Under the pieces are notes generated by a model, which was given only the letters and a program-made list of their open reading frames with translations, searched no databases and was not told where the DNA came from. Position numbers and translations under genes: made by a program. From an uncultured bacterium (GTDB lineage Bacteria > Bacillota_I > Bacilli_A > RFN20 > CAG-826), in NCBI GenBank assembly GCA_949296775.1, contig CASFQA010000002.1, forward strand, positions 179,991 through 243,990: a stretch of DNA of 64,000 nt. Direction: 5' to 3'. Shown here piece after piece: positions 26,928 to 37,073 of this stretch; position 1 is the stretch's first letter, and each line of letters opens with the position of its first letter.

Positions 26928-28793
26928 ATGCACAACGAAACCAAAATAAGCGAAGGGTTCTATTACATCGGCGCCTCCGATAGAAGGATCCACCTGTTTG
27001 AGAACGTTTACCCTTTGACTAACGGGGTCAGCTACAACTCTTATATTTATCTCGATGAGAAGACCTGCGTTTTAGATACCGTCGATCGTTCGGTCAGCGA
27101 CGTCTTTTATGAGAACATCGACCATTTGCTTAACGGCCGCCCCCTGGATTATTTGATTGTCAATCACATGGAGCCCGACCACGCCGCGAACATCGGCGAA
27201 TTGGTCCGGCGTCACCCCGAGGTTACGGTGGTGGTGAACGCGATGAGCAAGAAGTTCCTGCTCAACTTCTTCCCCGGGATCGACGAGGGCAAGCTGCTCA
27301 TCGTTAAGGAAGGGGACAAGCTGAGCATCGGGGCCCATACCTTTACTTTCGTCATGGCCCCGATGGTCCATTGGCCAGAGGTCATGATGACCTATGAATT
27401 GAGCGAGAAAGTGCTGTTCTCCGCCGATGCTTTCGGGACCTTCGGCGCCCTCTCAGGCAATATATTCGCCGACGCCAGCAACTTCGATCGGCTTTATCTC
27501 GACGAAGCGAGGCGTTATTACACCAATATCGTCGGGAAATACGGCGATCAGGTCATCGCGGTTTTGAAGAAAGCGGCCAATATCGAAATCAAAACGATTT
27601 GCCCACTTCATGGCCCGGTATATCGCGGCAACCTCAATTACATCATCAATCCCTATTTGGCTTGGGCTTCCTACACGCCGGAAAACCAAGACGGCGTCAT
27701 GATCGCCTATTCCTCCGTTTACGGCGGGACCGCCAATTGCGCCGATGTCTTAGCCTCCAAACTCGCAGGCAAAGGGGTTAAAAACCTCGTGATGTATGAC
27801 GTCTCCAAGACCGATGCCTCCTATTTGATCGCCGAGTCCTTCCGGGTCAAGACCATCGTTTTGGCCGCCACCACGTATAACGCTGGCGTTTTCGTCAAGA
27901 TGGAGGATTTCCTTCATGACTTGGCCAATCACAAAATCCGGAATCGGACCTTCGCCTTCATTGAGAACGGCTCTTGGGCCCCGATGGCGAAATCCGGGAT
28001 GAGGAAGATCCTCGAGGGGCTTGAGGGATGCACTTTCCTCGACGCTTCTTTGACCCTGGCTTCGACTTTGAAGGAAAACCAGCTCGCGCAGCTCGACGCC
28101 ATCGCCGAAGCGGTCGTAAGCTCGATCGGCGGGGAAGCGAAGCCCGGGGAAGCGGCCTCTTCCCTCGTCGATGCCTCCGCCATGTTCAAGCTTTCCTATG
28201 GCTTGTTCGCCTTGATCAGCAAGGACAAAAACGGCCACGACAACGCTTCGATCAACAATTCTTTCTTCCAGGTGAGCGATAATCCTAATTTGGTCATGCT
28301 TTCGGTCAATAAGGCCAACTATTCGGCTCAAACCATCAAGGATACCGGGGTCTTCAACATCTCGGTTTTGACCGAAAACACCGATTACGAGCTGATCAAA
28401 CGGTTTGGCTTCCAATCGGGCAAAGACACCGACAAGATGCAGGGAATCGAGAATATCCTCGTCCGAACCAGCAACGGCTTACTATCTTTGACCGAGATGA
28501 GCAACGCTTATTTCTCCTGCAAGGTTAAGGAAACCACCGACTGCGGCAACCACCTTCTCTTTGTTGCCGAGTTGACCGAAGCCAAGACCTTAAATGCCGA
28601 CGCCTCATTGACCTACGCTTATTATTTCGCCCACATCAAACCGGCGGCCTTGCCTTCTTCCGGCAACGGCAAAAAGGTGGCGTGGCGGTGCAAGATCTGC
28701 GGTTATACCTATGTCGGGGAGACGTTGCCGCCCGATTTCGTCTGCCCCCTTTGCAAACACGGCCCGGCCGACTTTGAAAAGATAATGATTTGA
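26928..28793 (+). CDS. Flavodiiron protein fused to flavin-reductase and rubredoxin-like domains
   Basis: HMEPDH, HWPE, SADAFG, PLHG; flavodoxin YSSVYGGT; LSYGLF..FGFQSG..GNH; CKICG..CPLC. Confidence 0.92.
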   Translation: MHNETKISEGFYYIGASDRRIHLFENVYPLTNGVSYNSYIYLDEKTCVLDTVDRSVSDVFYENIDHLLNGRPLDYLIVNHMEPDHAANIGELVRRHPEVTVVVNAMSKKFLLNFFPGIDEGKLLIVKEGDKLSIGAHTFTFVMAPMVHWPEVMMTYELSEKVLFSADAFGTFGALSGNIFADASNFDRLYLDEARRYYTNIVGKYGDQVIAVLKKAANIEIKTICPLHGPVYRGNLNYIINPYLAWASYTPENQDGVMIAYSSVYGGTANCADVLASKLAGKGVKNLVMYDVSKTDASYLIAESFRVKTIVLAATTYNAGVFVKMEDFLHDLANHKIRNRTFAFIENGSWAPMAKSGMRKILEGLEGCTFLDASLTLASTLKENQLAQLDAIAEAVVSSIGGEAKPGEAASSLVDASAMFKLSYGLFALISKDKNGHDNASINNSFFQVSDNPNLVMLSVNKANYSAQTIKDTGVFNISVLTENTDYELIKRFGFQSGKDTDKMQGIENILVRTSNGLLSLTEMSNAYFSCKVKETTDCGNHLLFVAELTEAKTLNADASLTYAYYFAHIKPAALPSSGNGKKVAWRCKICGYTYVGETLPPDFVCPLCKHGPADFEKIMI

Positions 28794-28799
28794 TGAAAC

Positions 28800-28826
28800 G
28801 AGGGCTTCGGCCCTCTTTTCTTTTTT
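28800..28826 (+). terminator. Intrinsic terminator
   Basis: GAGGGC-TTCG-GCCCTC plus T tract. Confidence 0.85.
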
Positions 28827-28948
28827 CGTGATTTGCCGAAACGATGAGAAAACGTTGCCAATTTCTTTTCCTTTGGTAGAAATGGCTCTCCATTCATGGG
28901 GAAGTTGCCATCCATCCCCTTGAAGGGGATAATTAGCGAGGTTCCACC

Positions 28949-29320
28949 ATGAACGAAGACAAAGACAACATCGTTGAGGTCGAGGTAACGGCCGAGAAAA
29001 TCAACGAGCCGACGAAGAAACCATCGGCTCCTAAAAAGCCTTTGGATTACTACCGTAAGCAGATTTACTTTTACGCCCGGGTGGCCGCCTTGGGGCTTCG
29101 TTACGGCCCAACCGGCTTGGTTTTGTCCGGGCTTGCGGCTTTGGTCTTCGCCATTTTGCAAAGCCAAAACCCCGCCGGGACGATTTATGGGGTGATTTTG
29201 ATCATTTGCTATGTCTTGATCGGCATTTTCGCTTTGCTTTGCCTTGTCGGACTTTTGGCTTATTACATCGGACGTTACTACCAAAAGAAGGATCCGGCTT
29301 ATTCGGAGAAAGATAAATGA
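28949..29320 (+). CDS. Hypothetical 2-TM membrane protein
   Basis: SD GAGG; two hydrophobic segments; stop overlaps the next ATG. Confidence 0.7.
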   Translation: MNEDKDNIVEVEVTAEKINEPTKKPSAPKKPLDYYRKQIYFYARVAALGLRYGPTGLVLSGLAALVFAILQSQNPAGTIYGVILIICYVLIGIFALLCLVGLLAYYIGRYYQKKDPAYSEKDK

Positions 29321-30021
29321 CTTCCATCAGGGTTAAGGATCTTCGGAAAGTCTATAACCAAGGGAAGGAAAACGAAGTCTTGGCCCTTGGCGGGGTAAGT
29401 TTTGAGGCCGAGGAAGGGGAATTCGTCGTGATCCTCGGGGCTTCGGGAGCCGGCAAGTCCACCTTGCTTAATATCCTTGGCGGAATGGATAAGGCCACCT
29501 CCGGGGAGTATTGGGTATATGAGAAGAACGCGACCGAATTCAGCGATAAGCAATTGCAGCTTTTCCGTCGGCAGGACATCGGATTCGTCTTCCAGTTTTA
29601 CAATCTGATGGCCGACCTCACGGCCTACGAGAACGTTTTGCTAGCCGCCTCCGTGGCCAAGGACCCTTTGGATTCGCTTTCGGTGCTGGATAAAGTCGGG
29701 CTTAAGAAAAGGGCGGGGAATTTCCCGAGCGAATTAAGCGGCGGCGAACAGCAACGGGTATCCATCGCCCGGGCTTTGGTCAAAAACCCGCGGCTCTTGC
29801 TGGCCGACGAGCCGACCGGGGCGTTGGACTCGAAAACCGGGGGCACGATTGTGTCTTTGCTGAAGGAAGTGAGCCGGGAGATGCATAAGACCCTTATCGT
29901 CGTGACCCACAACGCTAAGATCGCCGAATGCGCCGATAAGGTTATCCGGCTTTCCGACGGGAAAATCGAGTCCGTGGAGATCAACGCTAAGGTGAAAGAT
30001 CCGGCTGAGATTGTTTGGTGA
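29317..30021 (+). CDS. ABC transporter ATP-binding protein (LolD/FtsE-like)
   Basis: GASGAGKS, FVFQFYNL, LSGGEQQR, LLADEPTGALD, VTH. Confidence 0.95.
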   Translation: MTSIRVKDLRKVYNQGKENEVLALGGVSFEAEEGEFVVILGASGAGKSTLLNILGGMDKATSGEYWVYEKNATEFSDKQLQLFRRQDIGFVFQFYNLMADLTAYENVLLAASVAKDPLDSLSVLDKVGLKKRAGNFPSELSGGEQQRVSIARALVKNPRLLLADEPTGALDSKTGGTIVSLLKEVSREMHKTLIVVTHNAKIAECADKVIRLSDGKIESVEINAKVKDPAEIVW

Positions 30022-30023
30022 GT

Positions 30024-30956
30024 ATGGGAAAGGCCACTTATATCCGTTATTTCCTGCGCAATGCCCCTTGGGTGATAAAGCAGCGTATCGACCATAAGCC
30101 AAAGAAACTCAAACGGTTTAACGGGTATAAAGGGCTCAGCGTCGAAACGACGTCTAACGTTTTAGAGCAAGCGATCCTTTCGGGAAAGAGCTTCTGCGCG
30201 ATCCGCTTCGGGGCGGTCGAACTCTCTTGCCTTAACAATCACGAGAAGATCGAATTCGGCTTTGCCAAGGATTACAAAGAAAGCGTTCGCTTCTCGATGA
30301 AAAACAACGCCGGGTACTATCCGATTGATTTCAAGCACCTTGAAGAATACGGCGATCAGCTGCTCGGTCTATTGAAAAACGTCGACTATCTCGGCATCAG
30401 CGGCATCAATATGGAGGACTACTTTCATATGAAGTATTGTCCGCAATCCCAGCCGATTCTCTATAAAGGGATGGAGCCGCTTATCGGGAATTGGACGAGG
30501 GCGCTTAAAGGAAAAAAGGTTTTGGTGATCTCCCCCTATTCGGAGGAAATCCAATTCCAATACGCTCGGCGAAAGCTTCTTTTCCCAGGCAATGAGGAGA
30601 TTTTGCCGGAGTTCGGATTGACCGTTTTGAACTGCCCTCAAACCCTTGGTTCGGTACTTCCCCCAACCCCCTCGTTTTTCCGGAGCTTGGAACTATTGGA
30701 AGAAGCGATGGAAAGGGTGGATTTCGATATTTTGTTAGTCGGGGCTGGGGCCTATGGGACCTTTTTGGCCATCAAGGCCAAGCAGATGGGCAAACAAGCC
30801 ATCCAAACCGGCGGGGCGACCATGACTTTGTTCGGGCTGATCGGCAAACGGTGGGAAAACCGGCCCTATGTCAAGAAATGGATCAATCCGGCTTGGATCC
30901 GACCTTATACTAAGCCGGAAGGATATGAGAAAGTTGAAGGAGGATGTTACTGGTGA
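30024..30956 (+). CDS. Putative glycosyltransferase (GT-D-fold-like) of a polysaccharide cluster
   Basis: IRFGAVE, NNAGYYP, LKGKKVLVISP, DFDILLVGAGAYG, GKQAIQTGG, LFGLIGKRW. Confidence 0.65.
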   Translation: MGKATYIRYFLRNAPWVIKQRIDHKPKKLKRFNGYKGLSVETTSNVLEQAILSGKSFCAIRFGAVELSCLNNHEKIEFGFAKDYKESVRFSMKNNAGYYPIDFKHLEEYGDQLLGLLKNVDYLGISGINMEDYFHMKYCPQSQPILYKGMEPLIGNWTRALKGKKVLVISPYSEEIQFQYARRKLLFPGNEEILPEFGLTVLNCPQTLGSVLPPTPSFFRSLELLEEAMERVDFDILLVGAGAYGTFLAIKAKQMGKQAIQTGGATMTLFGLIGKRWENRPYVKKWINPAWIRPYTKPEGYEKVEGGCYW

Positions 30957-32470
30957 AAACCAACGATGCCAAACCAACTCTATTGGAGAACGGGTCGAAG
31001 CAGGAGGCGGTGCTCTCTTTCTTGGCCATTGAGGCGGTGGCCTTAGTTTGTTTCGGCTTTGCCGGAGCGACGGGGCTTACGATCCTTCGGGCCGCCGGGC
31101 TTTGCCTTGCCCTTTTCCTCTATCCATTGATATCGAACAGCCTGCGATTCCGCTCGATTGCCAAGAAAGACCTATATTTCTTGCTGCCGGTTTTGCTTTT
31201 GCCTTTGTTCTTAGGCTTCTCCTTGTTCAATTTCGCCATCTCCTCCGGCCTTTCCTTTGTCTTGGACGGATTGGTCGTCACCATCGGGTTCTTAGGGCTG
31301 GGGGCGCTAGGGTTCATGCTTTCGAGCTTGGATAAGTTAAAGAAGGAATGGATCCTGTTAGGCGTGCTGTCCGGTTTAGGATTAGTGGTCCTTATCTCCC
31401 TTATCTATACTTTGTGCGCTTACGGGCCTTTCTACGCGATGATTTACAAAAACGACGTCTATTATTATGACGGGGTGGTTTTCTACATCGCCGCCGAAGG
31501 AAAATACCTCGATGGTTTTTCCTTCGTTGAGGCCGATTTGAAATTCGCCTTGACCCTCCCCTTTATCCTTGCTTGCTCCGGGGTGGGGCTATTGGCTTTG
31601 TTCTTCCAGAAACTGGACAAGAAAGTCATTGCCGGATTAAGCGTCGCTTCCTCGCTTGGGGCGTTGTATTTGATACTGACCCCGCATCTAAAGGCCATTA
31701 TCGCTTTGCTGCTCGTTTACGCCGTGGCCTTTTTGATGGTTGGGCTATTGAAAATCCGCTCGAAAAGCGAGGCTAGCCAAAAGAAGGTCGATAAAGGGGT
31801 CAAAATCGGTTTCTTCATGATTTTGGCCTTGGTTTTGCTTGGGGTATTTATTCTGCTCATCGATGCGATATTGGTGTCCGGAGGCGGCGGATTTCTCCGC
31901 AATATTCCCCTAATTGGCAAATATTTTGAAGAAGGGGCGTTTATGCATCGGATCGAGACCGCCATCGGCGAGTTGATTTTCGATTACGATAACGCCGGTC
32001 GGCGCTCGCTCGATATCGCCTCGATTCTCTTCGGGGCGAATTCGAACTTGGTTTATGACATCCGGATCTTTGAATTCCAAATCCTTTATCAGAACGGCTT
32101 CCTCGCGTTCTTCCTCCTCCTTTATTTCGTCTTCTTCTTCGCCTACAAGGGCTACCGGGCTTTGACCCAGGCCAACGACAAAGACCGTTTCTTTGTTTTG
32201 GCGATCCTTGGCTTGGCTTTCGGAGGCTTTATTTACCTCTCCTTGTTCGATTCCGAGCTTCCGTTGAAGCACCCTTCGGAAATCGACGGAATCTTCTCGA
32301 CCCATTCGACCAATCTTCTCCCTTTCACCCGGAGCAACGTCGCCTTGCTGATGGCCTTCTGCTTCGGGGCAATCTACCTGCCGGATAAGCTCGACCCAAG
32401 CCGCGTGAAGGCGTCGAGCAAAGAAACTTCCGACGCATCCGCTTATCAGGAGGTTAAAATCGATGAATAA
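30944..32470 (+). CDS. Polytopic membrane protein, possible Wzy/O-antigen-ligase-like
   Basis: About 12 TMs with a late extracellular loop followed by FQILYQNGFLAF; polysaccharide gene context. Confidence 0.55.
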   Translation: MLLVKTNDAKPTLLENGSKQEAVLSFLAIEAVALVCFGFAGATGLTILRAAGLCLALFLYPLISNSLRFRSIAKKDLYFLLPVLLLPLFLGFSLFNFAISSGLSFVLDGLVVTIGFLGLGALGFMLSSLDKLKKEWILLGVLSGLGLVVLISLIYTLCAYGPFYAMIYKNDVYYYDGVVFYIAAEGKYLDGFSFVEADLKFALTLPFILACSGVGLLALFFQKLDKKVIAGLSVASSLGALYLILTPHLKAIIALLLVYAVAFLMVGLLKIRSKSEASQKKVDKGVKIGFFMILALVLLGVFILLIDAILVSGGGGFLRNIPLIGKYFEEGAFMHRIETAIGELIFDYDNAGRRSLDIASILFGANSNLVYDIRIFEFQILYQNGFLAFFLLLYFVFFFAYKGYRALTQANDKDRFFVLAILGLAFGGFIYLSLFDSELPLKHPSEIDGIFSTHSTNLLPFTRSNVALLMAFCFGAIYLPDKLDPSRVKASSKETSDASAYQEVKIDE

Positions 32471-33383
32471 GAAATTCGCGTTATTGGCTTTGCCGTTCTT
32501 TTTGCTTGGCTGCGATACGACCGAGCTTTACCCAGGCGACGCTTATATCGATACCGAATTCACCAATAACCGGTATAACCATTATGATGACGGGATGCTA
32601 AAAGCCAACAAGACGGTGGTAGCCACCCTCCAAAATGCCGAGGATGGCTATTTCAACGGCTCGGGGGTTTGCGATGAACCCTCGGACTGCCGCGGCTATA
32701 ACCAAGCCAAACAATGGCATCCGGATTATTTCAAAAACAGCCAAGGGGCGGATCTCCGCTGGGAACCGGATATCGAGAACCCCGGGGTCGGGGTATGGTC
32801 CGACCAATCGGCTTTATATGACGTCGTTTATAGCCAAACCAAAAAGCTTGGCCGGCTCCATAATGGTTTTCGGGAAGGGTATCTATCGAAGCTTTATAAC
32901 GGCCAGGTTCGCTGCAATGCCTGGGGGTTCTATTCGCTTGTATGCCTCGATGAAGATGGCTATGGAACCCTCTTCCCGGCCGAGTTGCTCGATGGGGAAT
33001 ATTTCGCCTTCGCTTGCCGCGGTGGTTCGAATTCGCCTGATGGCAACGTCGGCCGGGTTTCGTCTTTTGACATTAACGTGACGTTTTATAAATACGCCGA
33101 CGATTTGGAGACTTTGGTCGGGGAGACCGTTTCTTTGGTCGATGTGAAGCTGCAAACCAATTATTCGGCCGAAGCCACTTCGCTGGTGGGTTTTGATTTC
33201 GCCGACGCCAATATCGATCCTTCAGGTATCGTCGGCATGTCGGTCGATTTTGCTTGCGAGGACGTTTACGTCGATAAAGAAGGGGAGAAACACGTCAGCT
33301 CCACCGATTTCGACTCCGATTCCCCTTATTACATCGGCTTGATGTTACTTGAGGTATTGATCCCGGATTCCAGCTGGAACTAA
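32463..33383 (+). CDS. Hypothetical lipoprotein
   Basis: MNKKFALLALPFFLLGC lipobox; SD AGGAGG. Confidence 0.8.
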   Translation: MNKKFALLALPFFLLGCDTTELYPGDAYIDTEFTNNRYNHYDDGMLKANKTVVATLQNAEDGYFNGSGVCDEPSDCRGYNQAKQWHPDYFKNSQGADLRWEPDIENPGVGVWSDQSALYDVVYSQTKKLGRLHNGFREGYLSKLYNGQVRCNAWGFYSLVCLDEDGYGTLFPAELLDGEYFAFACRGGSNSPDGNVGRVSSFDINVTFYKYADDLETLVGETVSLVDVKLQTNYSAEATSLVGFDFADANIDPSGIVGMSVDFACEDVYVDKEGEKHVSSTDFDSDSPYYIGLMLLEVLIPDSSWN

Positions 33384-34292
33384 GTGGGGCTTATATCCTT
33401 CGATATCCAACCATTCGCCCATTTGGAAATCGGCTTGGTCATCATCGAGTATCAAAGTGCCTTTGGCTGGGGTGAATGTCATTTCCGAGAAACAGATTTT
33501 TCCCTCGATGTCGTAGACGTCGAAACGGACGAAGGGGAAAGGGGCGGAGGCTTTTTCCGCGAAGGCGATCACCTCATCCCAATTTTCCGGTTTGCTTGGC
33601 GGAGTGTCGGACTTCTTCCAACCATTGAATTGGCTGCCGTCGAAAGGGGAAAAATCGATATAGAGTTCATCGTAACGGATGTCTAGACCCCTGCCTCGGA
33701 CGACATAGAGGTTTTTGGCCTTCCCGTTATAGACGTGGATCTTATATTCGATGGGGGCGATTTGCCCAGGCTCTTCCAATAACTCCTCGACGATTATCCG
33801 CGGCTTTATTTTTGAGTAATGGGGTTCGACCGTCGTTTTCCCATAATCGGTTTTCAGCCACTTTTCGAATTTCTGTCTGGTCTTGGCGAAATCGAGCTTT
33901 GCTTTGTCCTGACATATCAGGTTGTATCCCGAGGCATGGGTGCATTTCAAAGCGAATTGATTCGGCAAAAGATCGAAATCGATATCGGAAAATTTATCAA
34001 AAACCCCGTAAATCGGGATTAAGTATTCAGAAAATCCGCATTCTTGTAAGTAGTGGCGCACTCCATCGCGGGAAGCGCAAAGCGAGACCAAATCGTCGTT
34101 TGGGTATTCGAATAAGCGAAGGTGTTGGAGCTTTTCGGTATAGCGGATAGGGTGCTTCAAATTGAGTTTGTGGTGGGTGATGTAACGATATTGGAGCTTC
34201 ACATACTCTACTTTGGATATGGCCTTGATCGGGGCACGGAACAATTCGGCGAAGAACCGTTTGAGCTTATTGTCGGGCAGATTCGGATTCAT
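33345..34292 (-). CDS. TupA-like ATP-grasp protein
   Basis: YTEKLQ, LPNQFALKCTHASG, EPHYSKIKPRIIVEELL, EYKIHVYNG, FVRFD, FSEMTFTP. Confidence 0.88.
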   Translation of the reverse strand: MNPNLPDNKLKRFFAELFRAPIKAISKVEYVKLQYRYITHHKLNLKHPIRYTEKLQHLRLFEYPNDDLVSLCASRDGVRHYLQECGFSEYLIPIYGVFDKFSDIDFDLLPNQFALKCTHASGYNLICQDKAKLDFAKTRQKFEKWLKTDYGKTTVEPHYSKIKPRIIVEELLEEPGQIAPIEYKIHVYNGKAKNLYVVRGRGLDIRYDELYIDFSPFDGSQFNGWKKSDTPPSKPENWDEVIAFAEKASAPFPFVRFDVYDIEGKICFSEMTFTPAKGTLILDDDQADFQMGEWLDIEGYKPHLVPAGIRDQYLK

Positions 34293-35817
34293 TGTTTTTG
34301 TCCTTTCGCCGGAAAACGGAGGAGATCAAGGTTTCGCGGACGGCCAATAGGCCGAAGATATAGATAAGCGCGTCGATGCTTAAGACTATAAGCGAGGAGA
34401 GCAGGTGGGCGCTAATTTGGTCACCCCAAGGGATCTGGTTTTCCAAAACCGGTAGGAGAAAGTATGAGATGACGAAGATGGCTATACCGAAAATGGCGAT
34501 CTTCAGGTTGTTGAGGTTTAAGATTGCCGGAAGAGAGTAATCGCGGGAAACGAAAAGCAAATAAGCCAAGACGAGGATGTCGGCGACCATCGTCGCGAGG
34601 GCTACCCCGATCCCCGGCGCGGTCGGGAAGGCGTAGATAGCCAAGATGAACGAGAGCGACACGTTGATTAGAACGCCGAATAGCATGGCTATGAGGTAAT
34701 GGCGTTCTCTTTTTTGGGGTATCAGGATCTCGGTGTAAATATCATCCCCTAGCGAATAGGTGAGCATCATGCTGGCTAAAGCGAAAAGTATCCAGTTGGC
34801 ATCGGCGTAGGAATCGGTCAAATCCCCACCGGATATAAGGGCGGTGATCGGGGTTGAAAGGGCCATCATCGTGGCGATGGCGGGAATGGCGATAAAAAAG
34901 GTAATGTTGAAGGAATAGTTAAGCAATCGACGGAAAGGGGCTTTGTTTTCCAATCCATAATAATAAGAAGCCCGCGGCATGAAGACGGCATATAAGGAGG
35001 TGATTAAGGTAATGACGATGTCCACGCCCTTCACCCCTACCGAATAAGCCCCGACCGCCGCTTTGGTCGGGTCGATGAGGCCAAGGATGAATTCGTCGGT
35101 CTGATTGTACAAAGTCAAGGCTAGGGATAAGAGGGCCATGGTGATCAAAGGCCCGATGAACGGCCGGAAATTATATGGTTCTTTTTTCCGCAGCGAGACG
35201 TATTTATGGAGGAAAAGGCAGTTGAATACCGAGGTCAATATGGTGGATGAGATGGCGATCAAAGCGTAAAGGTATAAGTAATTTTCCGGGTATGCCGACT
35301 GTTTGACGAAAAGGAAAGTGCAGGCGGCGGAAAAGGCGATAAGGGAAACCGAGCGGACCGTGATGTAGAAATGCTTTTCCAAAGCGATGTATACCCACTC
35401 AAAGGAAAAAACGCCGACCAAGAAGTTGATGGAAAGCAGGAAGATGATTTCCGCCGAGGAATATAAAGAGGGGACCGAGAAGACGATAAGCGACATCAAA
35501 ACGAAGCTGATTAAGGTCATGCCGGCTTGCAGCAAAAAGAATTGCTGGACGGTGGCGGAAAGCTTTTGCCGATCGTTTTTTACTTTAACGCATTCCCTGA
35601 TTGCTAGGTTCGGTATCGATATTTTCGCGAGTATCAGGAAATAATAGACGAAAGCGTTGGCCCAAGTGTAGAGCCCGAAGGCCTCATCGCCCAAGGCTCG
35701 GGTTATATAGGGGAAGGTGATGAAGGAAAGAATCGTCATGGCCAAGGTTCGGACGAGGTTGATGGCGACGTTGCTACGAACCGTTTGGGATAGTTGGCGG
35801 CCTTTGCTTTGCTCCAT
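34267..35817 (-). CDS. Oligosaccharide flippase (Wzx/MATE-like)
   Basis: ITFPYITRALG, multi-TM, VGAYSVG, VFMPR. Confidence 0.9.
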   Translation of the reverse strand: MEQSKGRQLSQTVRSNVAINLVRTLAMTILSFITFPYITRALGDEAFGLYTWANAFVYYFLILAKISIPNLAIRECVKVKNDRQKLSATVQQFFLLQAGMTLISFVLMSLIVFSVPSLYSSAEIIFLLSINFLVGVFSFEWVYIALEKHFYITVRSVSLIAFSAACTFLFVKQSAYPENYLYLYALIAISSTILTSVFNCLFLHKYVSLRKKEPYNFRPFIGPLITMALLSLALTLYNQTDEFILGLIDPTKAAVGAYSVGVKGVDIVITLITSLYAVFMPRASYYYGLENKAPFRRLLNYSFNITFFIAIPAIATMMALSTPITALISGGDLTDSYADANWILFALASMMLTYSLGDDIYTEILIPQKRERHYLIAMLFGVLINVSLSFILAIYAFPTAPGIGVALATMVADILVLAYLLFVSRDYSLPAILNLNNLKIAIFGIAIFVISYFLLPVLENQIPWGDQISAHLLSSLIVLSIDALIYIFGLLAVRETLISSVFRRKDKNNESESARQ

Positions 35818-35870
35818 AATCTAGGCAATTATATACGCCGGCGCGGGAAAATTCTTATAATATGGCGGTT

Positions 35871-37073
35871 ATGAAAATCCTCGTCGTTTGCATGCATTAC
35901 TATCCCGAGCCTTTTACCATTTCGTCCATCTGCGAGCATTTTGCCCGTCAAGGTCATGATGTGTTGGTCGTCACTTCCAAACCCCATTACGGGTATGCCG
36001 AGATCCCCGAGCGATATCGCAATCTCGACGACGAGGTCATAAATGGTGTCAGGGTCCATCGCTGCGACATCACGATCCGAACCGAGAGGAAATTGTCGAT
36101 TATAAAGAATTATCTTTCCTTCTATTTCCATGCGAAAAAATACGTTAAGAAGCTCAAGGAAAATTTCGATGTGGTTTATTCCATGTCCTTATCGCCGATT
36201 ATTTCGGTTTCCCCTGCCAATATTTATGCTCGGAAACACCATGTGAAGCACGTTCTCCATTGTTTGGACCTTTGGCCGGAATCGGTACTGATCACCAAAG
36301 CCATGGGGCCGCATAATCCTTTTTATCATTTGCTCTATCATTGGTCGCGGAACATCTATCGGAAAGCCGATGAGATTTTGGTGTCATCACCATCTTTCAT
36401 TGACTATTTTTCAAACGTCTTGAAACTTCCGACCAACAATATTTGGTTCGTAATGCAACCTCCTTTGCTAACGGAAAAAATCGGGGAAGACAAACACTAC
36501 GAAGTCCCAACTTTGGTTTATGCCGGAAACATCGGGAAGCTCCAAATGGTCAAGGAGATCGTCAAAGCGATTAAGATTGTCAAAGACGATGGATACAATG
36601 TCAATTTAGTACTGATTGGCAATGGAAGCGAGGCTGAAGAAGTCAAAGGATTGATTCAAGAGCTCCGTTTAGAGGAGCACATAAGTTATCTCGGCATGCA
36701 GCCTCGGGGAGTGACGGCCGCTTACTATGCCAACGCGACGGGTATTATCATTCCTTTAAAGCAAGGAGGATACGTCGGCAAGACGATTCCCAATAAACTC
36801 GTGTCCTGCCTTAACGAAGGGCGTCCGATCCTAGCTTTCCTCCATGGTGATGGGGCGCGGATGCTTGACCAAGCAAGAGGCTCGATATTTGCCAAAGGCG
36901 AAGACGCGAGGGCCTTTGCCATCGCGATGGAAGAACTATTGTCTATGCCTAAAGAGGAAAGGGAAAAGCTAGGTCAGAATAACCGTGACTTCTATTTGGC
37001 CAAATGCCAAAAAGACGAAATTTGCCAAGAGATCCTCACCGAACTAATTGAAGCAGCAAAGTCTTCATCTTAG
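35871..37073 (+). CDS. Glycosyltransferase family 4
   Basis: MKILVVCMHYYPE, DLWPES, YAGNIGKLQ, TIPNKL. Confidence 0.9.
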   Translation: MKILVVCMHYYPEPFTISSICEHFARQGHDVLVVTSKPHYGYAEIPERYRNLDDEVINGVRVHRCDITIRTERKLSIIKNYLSFYFHAKKYVKKLKENFDVVYSMSLSPIISVSPANIYARKHHVKHVLHCLDLWPESVLITKAMGPHNPFYHLLYHWSRNIYRKADEILVSSPSFIDYFSNVLKLPTNNIWFVMQPPLLTEKIGEDKHYEVPTLVYAGNIGKLQMVKEIVKAIKIVKDDGYNVNLVLIGNGSEAEEVKGLIQELRLEEHISYLGMQPRGVTAAYYANATGIIIPLKQGGYVGKTIPNKLVSCLNEGRPILAFLHGDGARMLDQARGSIFAKGEDARAFAIAMEELLSMPKEEREKLGQNNRDFYLAKCQKDEICQEILTELIEAAKSSS

